A DNA stretch of 64,000 nt from Amphiscolops sp. MND2022 (GCA_964187785.1 OZ076409.1:88600001-88664000), one strand, 5' to 3'. Positions 39,601 to 54,600 are shown, counted from the stretch's first letter. Translations and numbers: made by a program. The notes: generated by a model not told the origin, from the letters alone.

Positions 39601-42600
39601 ACTCGATTTTTACTAGAAACGAAACGTTTCGCGAGCATAAAGGACTCCTCAGGGTTTTCGGCACTATGCGACTTACCGGAGACCTTCATCAAATATTGTG
39701 GAGCAAAATGGGTTTTGTTGTCGAAAAAGGTGATTTTCGAGTCTTATGCGTATCCCTTGGGGTATTTTTTGGCTCTGGAAAATTGATGAATTTTAAACAA
39801 AAGTTCCCTTTTGCATATTTAAAAAACTTCTACTTTTGCGCGGGGCGCCGACTTGGGCCGTTCCGGTTTTTTTTTAATTCAACTGACTTCATATCTCAAA
39901 ACTTCGTTGAATAAACATGAATACGATTATACATGCATCAAATTGTGGTATGTATTAGATAACAATTCCAGATGGGCGTCTGTTAAGTCAAAACGCGTAA
40001 AACTTATCTTAAACTACTTCAACTTTCAGATTTTGGAACTTTGTTCTATAGGTTGTCCTCTGCGTTTCGCAAATCTATTGGACCCTGGAGGTCCACGAAG
40101 CAATCAGAGAGGGTCCGAAAGGACTTCTGGACTACCACCAAAAACTGCAGTCTCAAATGGGAGACATTGTGCAACTGGTCAGAGGCAAACTATCCAAGGG
40201 TGCCCGTACAACCATGGGAGCCCTTGTCACCATTGATGTGCACGCCAGGGATATCGTGGAAGAAATGGCCCAGAAAGGAGTTCACACCGAGAATGACTTC
40301 GAGTGGTTGGCCCAGCTGAGGTATTACTGGGAAAACGAGAACTGTCGCGTCAAAATCATCAATGCTTCCGTCAAATACGCGTACGAGTATCTGGGAAACA
40401 CCCCACGATTGGTTATCACACCTCTAACTGACAGGTTATTATCATTTTAGAGATAAATATAAATTTAGCAAGTTACTCTGTAAGTGAATATGAGTTTGAC
40501 GCTGATTCCGAGCGCAAGTACCTATCTGTTGAATTGAGAATTTCTGGATCTTACTCCCAGGAGTATTACTTCTGGTGAAAAAAGTAAACTTTTTAACAGT
40601 AATTAGAAGCATTACTGTTTTCTTTAGATGTTACCGAACCCTGATAGGAGCTTTCCACTTGAACCTGGGAGGTGCCCCAGAAGGACCCGCAGGAACGGGA
40701 AAAACGGAGACCACCAAAGATCTCGCTAAGGCACTCGCCGTGCAATGTGTTGTGTTCAACTGCTCAGACGGTCTTGATTACCTTGCTATGGGAAAAGTAC
40801 GCCCCTTTTGAATGATTTTCGTTGCTTCCAGTCACTCTTTGGTTTGAGTCATGCTTGGCGTGATGTTTCAAACGCTTGTGCTTCTAATTTATTGTTTTGC
40901 TCGTCGTAAAAATTTTCAGAGCAGGAATTTTGGCTCTTATCTGCTGAAAACGAACCGTTATAAATTCATTCATTTCATCTTATGCAAATCTTTAGTTGAG
41001 ATTTAGAAATTATTTAAAATACAAATTATGTTGCATGACGTTTTTGATGCCAATTTTTGATGAAAATAAATATTTTTCAAAATTCAGAAATGTGATGATA
41101 GAATCCTTGGTTTAATCACAGTATTCAACACCCAGAATTACCTTAATCAAATTAAATTTTTGGAAATACGTTCCGAGGCGAGCCTTGTTTCAATTTTTTA
41201 GATGTAGTATGAAACGATACATTCTATTTGGGCATAATCAAAGCTTAAAAAAACAAATATGTATCAAACCAGCTTTGTAATTCTACAAATTAACCAATTC
41301 TCGTTACATCATCACCCTTTGAACTTCCAATATAACGTACAATACTATTTTAGTTTTTTTTAAATTTCCGTACGGAACACTCAAGTTTCATGTCATCGGA
41401 AAGGAAAGAAAAACTAATATGAGTCTACTTAAACGTCGATCATCAAAATGCTCTCTGTTTTACCCTCGCCAGCAATAGCTGAACGCTGGTTTTTCTTAAG
41501 TTTCGTTTCTGACTAAAAACAGACGAAACAGGCTGATATTGAAGAATCTCAAAGAGCGACTGATAAATTATCAGTGATAATATTTGGATATCATTTGATA
41601 ATATTCTATGATGATAAACGCGTTTTTGATGATAATCAATTTCTCAAGTGATGTCATTGATTTTTTGAAAGAGGCATAAAACTCGAGAGTTAAATGGAAC
41701 TCAAAGATTTTAACCGATGAATTAAAAAGCTAAAAAACAACGCGCAAAAATAATGAGTTAAAAATATGTAACTTGTACATCACTGCGTCGATTCGATGTT
41801 TCAGTTCTTCAAAGGACTGGCTAGTTCTGGAGCGTGGGCGTGTTTCGACGAGTTCAACCGGATCGAGTTGGAGGTGTTGTCGGTGGTAGCCCAGCAGATC
41901 CTGTCCATCCAGAGGGCGGTGCAGGACCACGTGGACACGTTTGAGTTCGAGGGCACCACGCTCACTCTCAACCCCAACTGCTTCGTGGCCATCACCATGA
42001 ACCCTGGATACGCTGGCAGATCCGAACTGCCTGACAACTTGAAAGTAACACCAAAATTCTTTTTTTTTCTAACGAAAGATTTGAGCCTTTGTTAATTTAA
42101 AAGCTATTGTCAAAACTAGAGGTGTACCGGACATCAAGTCCGATACGGTATCCGGCCGGACTTTTGACGGAATCCGGTCGGAAAAATATATAAGCTAATG
42201 ATAGCATATCTCAGATTAACCACAACCTGGAATTCGACACTCATGCATTTATTGCCACTTTTGAACATTCATTTCTCGACGACAGTCAAAAGTTTCCGGC
42301 ATTGTGATGTTGACGAAACAATGAAATTTTCCCACTTTTTTAGAGCAAACGTTTACTTTGTTTTTAGTCGGCGCTTTTTTAGTGAAAAGAGCCCGACTAT
42401 TTCAGTGGCTAGTTTTTTTTCGTCAGACTACAATCTCACCATAAGGCCAAGTTCGGTCAGCGGAAATTAGTGCAAAAGGGTCCCCCCTTTTATTTTTTAC
42501 TTTTTTAACGTAACCTACAAAACCGGACGAGACTAAAGGGTCCCCCCTTTCGATTTTTTTCGGTATTGTGCGACTTTTTTCGAAAATTTTTTTAATGTCT

Positions 42601-45600
42601 CAAAAGAGTCCCCCTTTCGAGTTTTTTGATATTTTGCAACAGAATATATGTTAATAAAGCCCAAAGGGCCCCCATTTTTATTTTTCGGCACTATGTGACA
42701 TTTTCTGAAATTTTCAAGTTTTTTTCAAAAAAGTCTTTGCGCTTTTTGAGCCTTAGATATAGCGCCGACTTTAGACGTTCCCGTCTTGTTCGTCATACTT
42801 ATTGCCCAGTTCTGAAAACATCTTTCATCGCTTACAGTTGAGGAAAAAGTCCAGTCCAGCCGCTATCGGGCTTAATTTTGTCCTGCCTGTTTGTATGTCC
42901 GAATGGGCGGAAATTTTCCTGTCCGGTGCACCTCTAGTCAAAACTACAGAAATGTTGAATGCAGAATTTTTCGTTGAATTTTTCAAATTTTGAAAAGTCA
43001 AGTAAGTTTTTGAGCGAGGAGCTGACGATTACTTTGCCAATTTTCATCGAAAATGGTCTTTTAGCTGACGTAGTTTCGTGAGACTTTTCAAATCCCACGT
43101 TCGCTGAAAAGCATTCGAGTTCCAGTCTTACGTAATTTGGAAATTCTATTTAGGTGTTGTTCCGTACAGTTGCGATGATGGTGCCGGATTACGCCCTGAT
43201 TGGAGAGATCTCGTTGTACTCTTATGGCTTCCTCGACGCTAGAAACCTGGCAGTGAAGATCGTGATGACGTACAGATTGTGTTCCGAACAGCTGTCCAGC
43301 CAGCCTCATTATGATTACGGCATGCGAGCAGTCAAGAGTGTGCTGGTAGCTGCGGGTAACTTGAAGCTCAAGTTTCCCAATGATCGTGAAGATATCCTGG
43401 TACAGATTAATGCTATTTCAACCCGGTTCATTTCCCGGAACATTGAAAATTGTATTTTTGTGGACACAATCATACGTTTCGAAATGGTCATTGCTAAATG
43501 TGATAATTTGAATGCGGCAAAGGCTTGTTATTGAACCAGATTTTTGTCTTCATGAATTCATTGTTCGCAAATTCCATACAATGAAATAAGAAGACGTAGG
43601 ATCCAGGATTCCATTAGTATTTTTTGAAATTTGTGTAGACTGACTGTGTTGGAATGTTAAAAATCCGACGTTTTAAACATAACAATAAAAATCGTGTTAA
43701 AACAGTTTATAAAAGCGTGTTTTTTGAGCAACAAAATTTAAAATTTACTGGCTCGCTAGCTTTGCAATTAGCTTCTCATAAAGTCATTATTACACTTGCG
43801 ATAAGCAAGTGTTATGGGAAAGTGCGGGTGCTTTTTTTCCGCGCGACAACTCTCCTTTCAGACCGCAAGTCGCATAGTCTGAATTTGTGGCCGTGACAAC
43901 TTCTGGCTGTTGGCCAACTTCCAGCACTTGTCGCAACTTCTGGCACTTGGCATAGAGGTTAATTAGGATTATTCGAGGTTAATTGTGCATGTTAATTCGG
44001 CTTTAGGACTTTTTTTCGCAATTTTTTTTATGTCACTAAAGATTCCTCCCTTCATTTTTTTGGTATTTTGCAACAGAACGACTGTTAAAAAATCCCAAAG
44101 GGTCCCTTCATTCAGATTTTTCGGCACTATGAGACTGTTGAAAATTCTCATTTTTTGTTTTTTTTTGCAAAATTTTTCAAGTCTCGCTTCAATTTTTCGA
44201 AATTTTGCAACAGAATGGATGTTTAAAAAATCTCAAAGTGCCCCCCTTTTACAGTTTTTGGCATTGAGATTTTTCAAATCGAATAATTTTTGTCTTAAAA
44301 TTAGGTTTTCTCAGGCCCAGCACGCTATATCCGATTTTTTTTTCTTTAATGACAGCTGTTTTTTCTATGCGACTTTTTTCTAATTTGTTTTCATCGAAGC
44401 CCCCTCAATTTTTTCCAGAAACGAAACGTTTTGCGAGCATAAAGCACTGCTCAAGGTTTTCGGCACTATGCGACGTGCCGGAGACCTTCATCAAAAATGT
44501 TTCGAAAATTTTTTTCCTCAATTTTCTGTTTTTTTTAAAGGTTTACGGGGTTTTCTGTTGTTTCCAGTTGGAGAAGAATTGTTTTCGAGATTTATGGGTA
44601 TCCCTTCGGGATTTTTTGGCGCTGTAAAATTGATGAAATTTTAACAATAATGTCTTTTACCCTTGGCTCTCCGTATGATTTTGCTTATTTGGGTTTCTTC
44701 AAAAGTTCGCAACTTTCTTCGCAAGTTTTTGCGAAGCACGGCTTCGCCTCTGTGTATGATATGCGCAATTCGTAAAATTTCATAAATTGTCCACTAAAAA
44801 GGTAAAACCCAACTCAATTCCACTTAGTAAATAAAAAATTCTAAAAACAGGTTTTTTCATGTAAAATATTTTTCATTGTTTAATTCTGTCAAACGTGTGG
44901 AAAACACCAATCCTGTAGACTGACTTTAAGTTGTTTTAGCTTCTGAGATCCATCAAAGACGTAAACCTGCCCAAGTTTCTGTCGCACGACATTCCTCTGT
45001 TCAGTGGTATCATCTCCGATCTGTTCCCGGGAGTGACCCTTCCAGAGGCTGACTACAGTGATTTCCTGCAAGCTGCCCAGGACATCTGTGACCAGCGAAA
45101 TCTCCAATGCGTGCCCATATTCAAGGAAAAGTTAATCCAGACATACGAAATGTTGTTGGTGCGTCACGGATTCATGTTGGTGGGAGAACCATTCTCATCC
45201 AAGACTTGTGTTCTTCATTCATTGGCTGATATGCTCACCATGCTGAATGACAGAGAGCAGATGGAAGAACAGAAAACCATATTCAAGACAATTAATCCCA
45301 AGTCAATTACCATGGGACAGTTGTACGGAATGTTCGATCCCGTTTCTCACGAGGTAGTGTTTTGGAACTTCTTTTAAACCTCTTTTTATCGAAACATGAA
45401 GCATTTGTGAGAATTTCGTATCTTTTTTGTATATGTTCAAACTCTTCTTTATTGAAAAAAAACCAACATAGAATTACTTTCTGTATTGAAAAAAAAAACA
45501 AAATAGAAGTATTGGATGTTCATAAATTTTGGTGCATTGTTATAAACAAGAGTGTTCTGATCTGTTGTACAACATTTGACAATGGAATCTGAATTGTTTT

Positions 45601-48600
45601 GTGCTTCAGTGGAGTGACGGTGTTGTGGCTAAAACGTTCCGAGAATTCGCGACCACAGAAACTCCTGACAGAAAGTGGGTAATTTTTGATGGTCCCATTG
45701 ACGCTGTCTGGATCGAAAACATGAATACTGTGTTGGATGACAACAAAAAAGTAAGTATAAATCTCGACATTATTTACCACACTAATTTTTTGCAACTTAA
45801 AATTTGTCTCTTCATTTTCCTGTTCAATGAGTAACATTGATTAGGAATTCAACCTCTGCCTTTACAAATGTTTCTAACCTTCCGTGTATTGTTTGGATTC
45901 ATTTTCCGTTCCTGCAAGAAATCACTGAACATCAGGTCCTAATCTTTAAATTCGACCCAACACTTTAGCATTTCAGCTGTGTCTAATGTCGGGAGAAATT
46001 ATCAAGATGAGTGACCCGATGACCTTGATTTTCGAAGTAATGGATCTGACCCAGGCGTCTCCAGCCACCGTGTCTAGGTGTGGCATGATCTACTTGGAAC
46101 CGAGTCAGTTGGGCTGGGAGCCCATAATGAAGTCTTGGATCTCCGAGCTGCCAGAAGAGATTAACAATGCGGACACAATAGCCTTGTTTAATTGGCTTGT
46201 TCCACCCTGTCTCGACTTCGTTGTCCGCTATTGCAAGGTCGGTCAAAAATCTTGAAATATATTTTACGTAAACAAAAATAGCATTTTTTTCTTCAATTGT
46301 AAAGTTGATTCAAAAATCCATAAATTGTTAGGACCGAAATTTTAGACATGGATCAGGGTTATGACACCGCTAATTGGAAGTTAACGGAATTAGCGAAGCG
46401 GGAAGTTCATGTTAGCGAAGTACAGTAGTGATTCTAGAAGAAGCAACATCCCAGTGTAAAATATCTTGAAACTCTTGTCAAGAATCTTGCAATTTCCTGA
46501 AACCCTTGGTAAGAATCTTGACATGATTCTTACCAAGAGCGCCAAGAATATGTACGATCTTGCAAGATCTTGCCAAGAACTTCAAGAAAATTGCCTAACT
46601 TTTTCGACTGAAAAAACGCAGAAAAAGTGTTTTTAGTACGAAAAACCTTCCAGGAAAAACCAAGAATCTTACCAAGAAATCCGGGAAAATGCAAGAAATG
46701 CCAAGAATCTTGCCAAGAGTTTCAAGAGAAAAGCTAACAAAAGTGAATGAAAACAAACAAAAACCCACGCCAACTTCGGCTTGATCAGCGTACCTATTCT
46801 ACCACGGCTGTTCGCGCTACCAACCAAACTATCATGTTCTGAATTTCAATACTTTGTGTTGTCTTATATCCAATACTTCAAAGAATGATAGTGTAGCTGG
46901 TAGTGCGAACAGCAGCAAAAACTTGTTAACAAAATTGTTATTTGTTTTACAAGTATTTATTTTCTTGACACTCTTGATAAGACTCTTACCAAAATTCCTA
47001 TCAAGAATTTCAAGAGTTTTGTGTCAAGCAAGAATAAACAAGATCTTATCAAGGGTTTCAAGACGTAACGGGAATTTGCGGGAAAATCCAAGATCTTGGC
47101 AAGAGTTTCAAGATATTTTACACTGGGATAGCACGCGGAAAGAAAGCAAATAAACAAATATCATTGGCTAATCAAGGTCTCACGCGCTCATTTCATTGGT
47201 CGAGAGCTATTTCCAAAACATCATTTTTTAGTTTTTTGAATTTTTGACCCACTTACAATTTTTTGATTTCAAAATAATTTCGACAAAAAATTCTCCCAAA
47301 CATTTCGAATCTGACAATATAATTTATTCTCGAAAGTATTCTAAATTGCATTTGTATGAGCTTCTATTAAGTTGATAAACATCAAAATCATATCTTAATA
47401 CAGTATTTCCGAAAAAGTCTAATTTTACAGCGCATTTTTTCTACGATTTTAAGGTGATTTCTAAATCAAAACATATCAGGGGCTTCAGTTAAATCAGGGG
47501 GGTCAATTGAACAAAAATATTTCGAAAATTTTGAGCAAAAGTAGACCAAAAGTTAGAAAAACCTGAATTTTGACCTAAACTTGGCTAAAAATGGCCTATC
47601 GTAACTTCTACAGTTTTTATCGCATAATCTTCAAATAAACATATTTGTAAACTAGATAAAAATCTAAGAAACTTTCACTTTTATCATTTTTCAAAAATTG
47701 CTGCTGTTTTAGAGATATTCGATTTTGAGATTTGCCTTTTGTTGCTTTTAGAAATATCACTACTGTAATTTGCGGCAAACATTTTAAAAGCGATTTTTAA
47801 GAGTGTGCAGAACAATTACACCAATCACATTGTTTCGAGAAAGCTGTGGCATACACAAAGAGGTTTGCTTAAAAATTTAGAGAAACCATTTGATTTTAAA
47901 GCGAGTTCTCTGAGGTCACTGAAAATATTCTGCCTGATTAGCGATTGCTAAATTAGCGGTTTAGCGATTAGCGGTTAAAATTAGCGATGTCAGAACCCTG
48001 TCATGAATATATCTCTTCAAGGTTACCATTTGACATTTATAAAATGTGTATACTAGAATTTCCTATTTCGAGAATTGTTATCTACGGGTCTGTTTGTTTA
48101 GTCATGGGTGCCAGTGAGCAAGATCAATTTGGTCAGATCTCTGATGCACTTTGTTCACATTCTGATGAAACCTCACCTGGAAGAAGAAAACAAGAAGAGT
48201 GTCCGCCAGTGGTTGATTGTAAGTTAACTAACTCCTTAAATTCATCAATAACTCACTATTTTATATTTTTAATGATTTCCTTCCATTATAGAGCAACTTC
48301 CTGTTTTCCGTCACGTGGTCTATAGCCGGGTGTCTTGATCAGGCGAGTCGAGAGAAGTTTGATGAACATTTCAAGATGCTCATGTCTGGAAAAGGAGACG
48401 ATGTACCTCCAATACCCAATGAAATTGGCAAACTAGACATCCCTATACCCGAAGCTGGCACTGTCTTCGATTACGTTTATGAGGTTCGCATGCTCAATGT
48501 ATCATGATTTTTGTTTTTTCCGGGTTTGATTCAACTATTTTTTTTCTATTTTTACTCATGGATTTGAGTTTTGTTTTTCAGCGATAATGAGTAGCTTCTG

Positions 48601-51600
48601 AGTGAATTGTAGACTCAATAGACCAGTGTATTGTACACGATACACGAAAAATGCCGATACACGAGTTTTTGACAAATATTCGACTACTCGATACATACAC
48701 GACTTGAAAGTTGTTTACACGATTATACACGAAAATATTCTTTCGTGTATTGACCAATAAGAATGTGATCAATTTAACGAAATATAATTCTTAGCGGATT
48801 TTTGCTTGTTCGATTTCTTCAGCTTCCGTTGAAAGAATGTTTAGCTTGTGTGGATTACGTTTCTCAAATAGAAGAAAGCGTATAAAGGCTGAAAATCGTT
48901 AAAACCTTGTTTAAATTGGTTTTGATTCATATAACTTGAACCAATATTTGATTTTTTTTCGAGTTTTCTTTTTTCTTCTTAATGCACGATACATACACGA
49001 CTTTTTCAACGAGTACACGATACATACACGATATTTTTTCATAAAAATACACGAATACACGATACACGAAAAATGTAGTACACGTCAATACACTGCAATA
49101 GACCCAAGTTAAAGTTCATCAAGGGGTCTCTGAATTTTAACGTTCAGTAATTTTGAAAATATTTTGTTGTCACAACTACTATAGGTAGAAAAATCAGAGG
49201 ACGAAGAGGAAGACACTTTGTCTGATGATAGTCCTCGAAGAAAAATCTCATCCAAGTCCCAAGAAGCTGATACGGTATATCACATGTAATTTTCATCAAA
49301 ACATCAACTCGCATCATAGCTTTTACAAAGTTTTCAACCAGTTCACCCATTTCATTACGAAACATTTCGACTCAGGACATCCAATCCGCTGCAATCACCG
49401 TAGATAATTCAGAACTTCATTCCATTCATTGACATTTTAGGAACTCTGAATTTTATCGTGCTGCAAAATTTATCTGTGGTAGAATAATCACTTTTTCAGA
49501 CCACAAAATCTTGATCAAATTTTACTTTCATACTTTCTCTGAAACTGAGAACGAAGGATTGATACATCGTAAAAGATTGTTTTAAAGAACAGATAAGTTG
49601 ATTGTCAATTTAGATTTTTTTCATAATGGAAGCCAAAATATCGTCGATGCAAGTCAACACTTTTAGCGGATACTCTCCGCAAGAATTTTAGTAATTACAT
49701 GAAGTTTAGTCATGAAAAAGCAGTAATCTGCTTTTGCGTCAAAACAAATACTTCATGTTGAAGTTTGAAAAGCTTTAGGCAATTATTGGTTTCAGTGCAA
49801 AAACAAAGGCAGATGGATGCACTGGAACGAAACAATCCGGGGTCTGGACGTGGGCGGACCAGAGTCCAACACCCCTCTGCACGAGATCTTAGTGCCCACT
49901 GCAGACACTGCCAGAGCCACCTTCCTCGCCGATATATGCATCAGAAACGAGAGGTTAGTCCGAAAAAATGAAACTCTTGTAAATATATATGTAAACGCAT
50001 TCTTTCTGAACACAAATATGATTGAAACTTTTGTCGTTGTCAAATCTTATTTCTACCCAAATTTTGATAATTTCATCAAAATTTGGTTGAGAATTTGTTC
50101 CTGGGAATGTCTTTTGAGGCATTTTTTGTAACTACTCTTCGGTTCTCGACATGTATTTGTCATTGACTAATTTGATACTTCAGAGCTCTTCTTTTCGTCG
50201 GACCCACTGGTACCGGTAAATCTGTCTACGTGAAGGATAAACTCTTGAACGGACTCGATAAAGAAACATACTTGCCTCTTTTCATCAACTTCTCCGCACA
50301 AACTAGTGCCAATCAAACACAGGTAATGAAATATTCTCTCTTGTACCAAAAACTTCTAAAAACCTTGAAAGTTTTTTGATTCCTAGTTTTAGTCGGCGCT
50401 TTTTGTGAAACGACTCTTACAGTGACCTTTTTGTTCTTTTTTTTCTCCAGACCACAGACCTCACACTGAAAGGTCCACTTTTTACAGAATTCCCCTCGGC
50501 CGCCTTACCTTACTTGCCTTAGTAAAAATCAATGTCAGGTGCTTCTAAATCTTTCCACCTTTGGGTACCATAGTTTAAAAAGCTTTTTTGGTTCCCAGAC
50601 AACTCAGAAGGTTTGGTTTTACTGTTTTTCGGCATTGTGAGACTTTTTCCTGAAATTTTTTGATGTCGCAAAGGGGTCCCCTCTTTGGTTATTTTGATAT
50701 TCTACACCCAACTGGGTGATAAAAAGCCCGAAGGGTCCACTTTAGACGTTATCGTCTTGTTTTCACAGGATTTGATTATGACGAAACTGGACAAGCGCCG
50801 AAAGGGGATCTTCGGTCCTCCGATTGGAAAGAAGACGGTCATCTTTGTAGACGACTTGAACATGCCTCAACTTGAGATTTACGGAGCCCAGCCTCCTATT
50901 GAACTGCTGAGACAGTACTTCGACCACAAAAACTGGTACGACAAGAAAGACTGTTCGAAGCTGCAGCTGATTGACATCCAGTTCGTGTCTGCCATGGGTC
51001 CACCCGGAGGCGGACGGAACCCCGTCACCGCCCGATTCTTGAGACATTTCAACATCGTGTCCATCAATCCATTCGCTGACGAAGCCATGACTAGAATTTT
51101 CACGAAGCTAACCGAAATTTACTTCAAGGTTCAATATATTGTAGAATCAAAATTGTCCTTTTCAGCTTGACAAAATCTTTAGTAAGTACGCGGTTACTCA
51201 AGAAAAGTTCACTTTCTGATCAAATTTAGTGTTTTCTCAAATTTTGATTGTCAAAATCGGTGCTGTTCAGCCCAACTGAATTCTCGTGATCACTGCATTA
51301 AATCTGACCACCTCTTAACAGCGTTTATTAATTTTGCTTTACTTGAAATTTATACTCGAAATGTTTAACCTCTTTCCACAAAATTCAATGATTAAAAATC
51401 ATAATGCCCCAACGCCGATATTATAGTAGTTGAGCTCAATCGAAAGATACATATTATCAGCTACGCCCAAGCCTTATTGTTTCTGCTAAAAATAACTCAA
51501 ACTGGAAAGTATCCCAGTGCTTACTCTGTTGTGCTTAATAAGAGGGGGGGTACCTACTACTGTCTCTGCCTGAAAATCAGGGACCCCCCCTCTTATTATG

Positions 51601-54600
51601 ACCCCCCCTGGTAGCAAACACGAAAGAAAAAAAAGCTCACGCCCAGGTTCGAACCCTGGCAGAAAGAGCAAAGAGCAGATTCAAAGTTTGTCTCGAATCG
51701 AAAATACAGTTAAGCAAGAAATATCTACCGCTTCTAACGAGCTACGGCCATTTTTCAACAAACTGATCTCGGAAATCAATCAACAAAGACGAAAATTCAG
51801 AAAACCGGCCGGAAAATAACTTAGACCCCCCCTGTAATTTAGACCCCCCCTCTTACTGTCCGCCAGAAATTTGCTAGACCCCCCCTCTAAATATGACCCC
51901 CCCTCTTATTAAGCACAACAGAGTAGCAGATGTTGTGTTCCAATTTTTGATCGCATCTACCGCGGGCTATCATGTGTCACAGTTTCAGATGTGAAATTTC
52001 ATTGCAGAAAAAATTGCTCATAATCGGGTACCTTGTGTTAACTTTTGATGACTCCTCGCTTTTGACAGTAATTTTTTGCTTATAAATTATCCGCCTCAGA
52101 ACATCTTATTTTTATTACACGAGGGTACATTTTTATTGCAGAGAGAAGAATTTTCTCCAGAGTGGTTCCAAGTGGGACACAACATTGTAGCTGGGACGAT
52201 GGAAGTTTACAAACAAGCAATGAAGAATCTCTTGCCAACTCCTGCAAAGTCTCATTACGTATTCAACTTAAGAGACTTCTCAAGGTTACACGTTTTTCTA
52301 TATACGCAATGATAATTTATTGTTATAACAGCATTAATCAAAGCTTTTCTTGTAGGGTCATCAACGGCGTGTGTACCATAAAGAAAGCAAGCGTGGACAA
52401 TAACAAGAAGTTGTACACTAAATTATGGGTACACGAAGTCTTCAGAGTATTCTACGATCGTCTTATTGACGCTCAAGATTCAGGCTGGCTTTTCGGGTGA
52501 GAATATTACTTTTATTTTCTCGGTACTTTCATTTTTACTTCCAATGAATGCTAATTTTACAGTAACAAGTCTGTTTTGGCCCTGGCCAAATTTCTTTTTT
52601 ACAATTTCAAATATGGACCGAGCGCAACTAAACCAAAATTGTTTGCAATAAGTGATGTTATCCCATTATTCAATGAAAATGGGGCCAGTCTGAAAGTGAA
52701 ATTGCGAAAATGAAATAACGGTCCTGTACAGAACAAGCAGAGAACGGCCCAATGATTAAAAAATTCTTCGGTAAGTCACGTAGTGCCAAAAAACCCAAAG
52801 GAAGGATCCTTGGTCTCCCCTCTATTTTTGCAAGCAAAATACGTTTTTTTTGGTTTAGTGCGAGACTCGAACCCATCTACCCCTCCTGCTTCTCTGACCT
52901 CGTCTTTAGTCAATCCGAGTTAAACTCTAGGCCAAGTGACAGTGAGAAGCTACCAAGTTACAGCTTATAGAAATCTGCCAGTTTGCTGGTCTTAAAAAAG
53001 CCAATACTATAATATCGAAAACGCCGACTAAAAATGGGAAAAAAACTTCAGCAAGGGAAGTACCAGTTTATAAAACGAATTACTGAAATGCGAGTCAAGA
53101 AAATTGCAAGAGATTGACTGTCAAAAAGCACTACTAGTAGTTTTGTCGTAAGCTATGCCAGCCTTCCCTTTCCAGCCTTCCCTTTCCGGGTGTACACTCG
53201 CCGCAATTCATGACTTTCCGTAATGTTGTTACCGAAAGCTTGACAATGTTCCTGTGGTTCCCTTCGGAGCAAGTGTATGGATTCGAGTGCCCCTACAGAG
53301 TTACCGTTGTTGGCATACCATTTTTGCATTATGTCCGTATCTTCCAAAATGCCCAGTAGCGTTAAAAAAGCGAGTCCCATACATTGACATAGCTAATGGG
53401 TCACTTTGTATTGTTCCTTCCGGAGGTTTTGTTATTTACATGAAGTTTAGAGGGTGACTCATAAAGGTTAATTAAAGCTGTTTGTATTCAGAGCAAATTA
53501 AATTGATGTTTCGCAGAGCTAGTCTTCTGTTGAGTCTGCAGACTCAACAGAAGACTAGCTCTGCGAAACATCAATTAAAATCATTGCTTCACTGTTCATT
53601 GCTTTCGAAAGATTTTCGCAAGGCGTGCGTTTCATGTTCGATGCCGCATTACTGCCCAAGGCTCAGTTGTAGAATATGGCCCTGAACAAAACGATATCAA
53701 TATTGCCAAGAATCCGAGATTTTATTGGATTCTTTTCAATATTCTAATTTCTGGAAACTTATCATTAATGTTATCTTCAACATTGTGAGGTCTTCTTTAA
53801 ATTCAACTTTTTTTGGTTATCTTTTATATATATCAATTACGAAACTCGTTCGAAGTTCCACTAACGGTCAAAACATCTCTTACCAGTTAGAATAAAAAGC
53901 AATGACCTCGTTCCTACAGGCTGTGTCGCCAGCTGGTTAAAGACGTGTTCAAGGATTCTTTCGACACTGTGTTCGAGTCAGTGGGATCGGGGTCAGGTCC
54001 CATAGTAGAAGATGACATGAGGTCACTCATGTTCGGAAACTACATGAACCCGGACGCAGACGAAGAGGACCGCGTGTACGAAGAAGTGACGTCACTGGAT
54101 ACCTTCAACTCCGTGGTTGAGCAGCAGCTTGAAGAATACAATCAAGTCAACAAAGCCAAGATGAACTTGGTCATTTTTAGGTGAGAAGATTGAAACTGTT
54201 TCGCGCCCAGTAATTTTCTGTTTCAAAATTTTGGAATGGATGTTGATTGAAGTTATTTCGCAATTTAGTGCAATGTCGAAACCACTTTTGACAGTGGCTA
54301 TCAGCGAATTAGGTAGAAATCGACTTAATATCCGAATAAGCGTCGCCAGCGAAAGTCACGACTGAAATTTCCGCTTGCCTGATTGGTCAAAAATATAGCT
54401 ATTATAGGTAAGTTTTTTGTCCTTGGCGTTTCACCCGACACAAGTACAGTAGAGAGATTTGTCTCCTGTGGTGGTGGTTTGCCGAGAAAAGAAAGTAACC
54501 GATCGAAATTTTCGAAATTTTTATGAAGAAATTGCAGCTTTTGAAAACTTAAATTCGCTGGGCGAAAGTTTTCTTCCAAAAAGGCCGCTTAAGCGTTAGC

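Noticed and set aside
41560..41650. Cluster of TGATAA (GATA-like) motifs
   Set aside because: AT-rich low-complexity sequence, probably a decayed repeat; no support for function.
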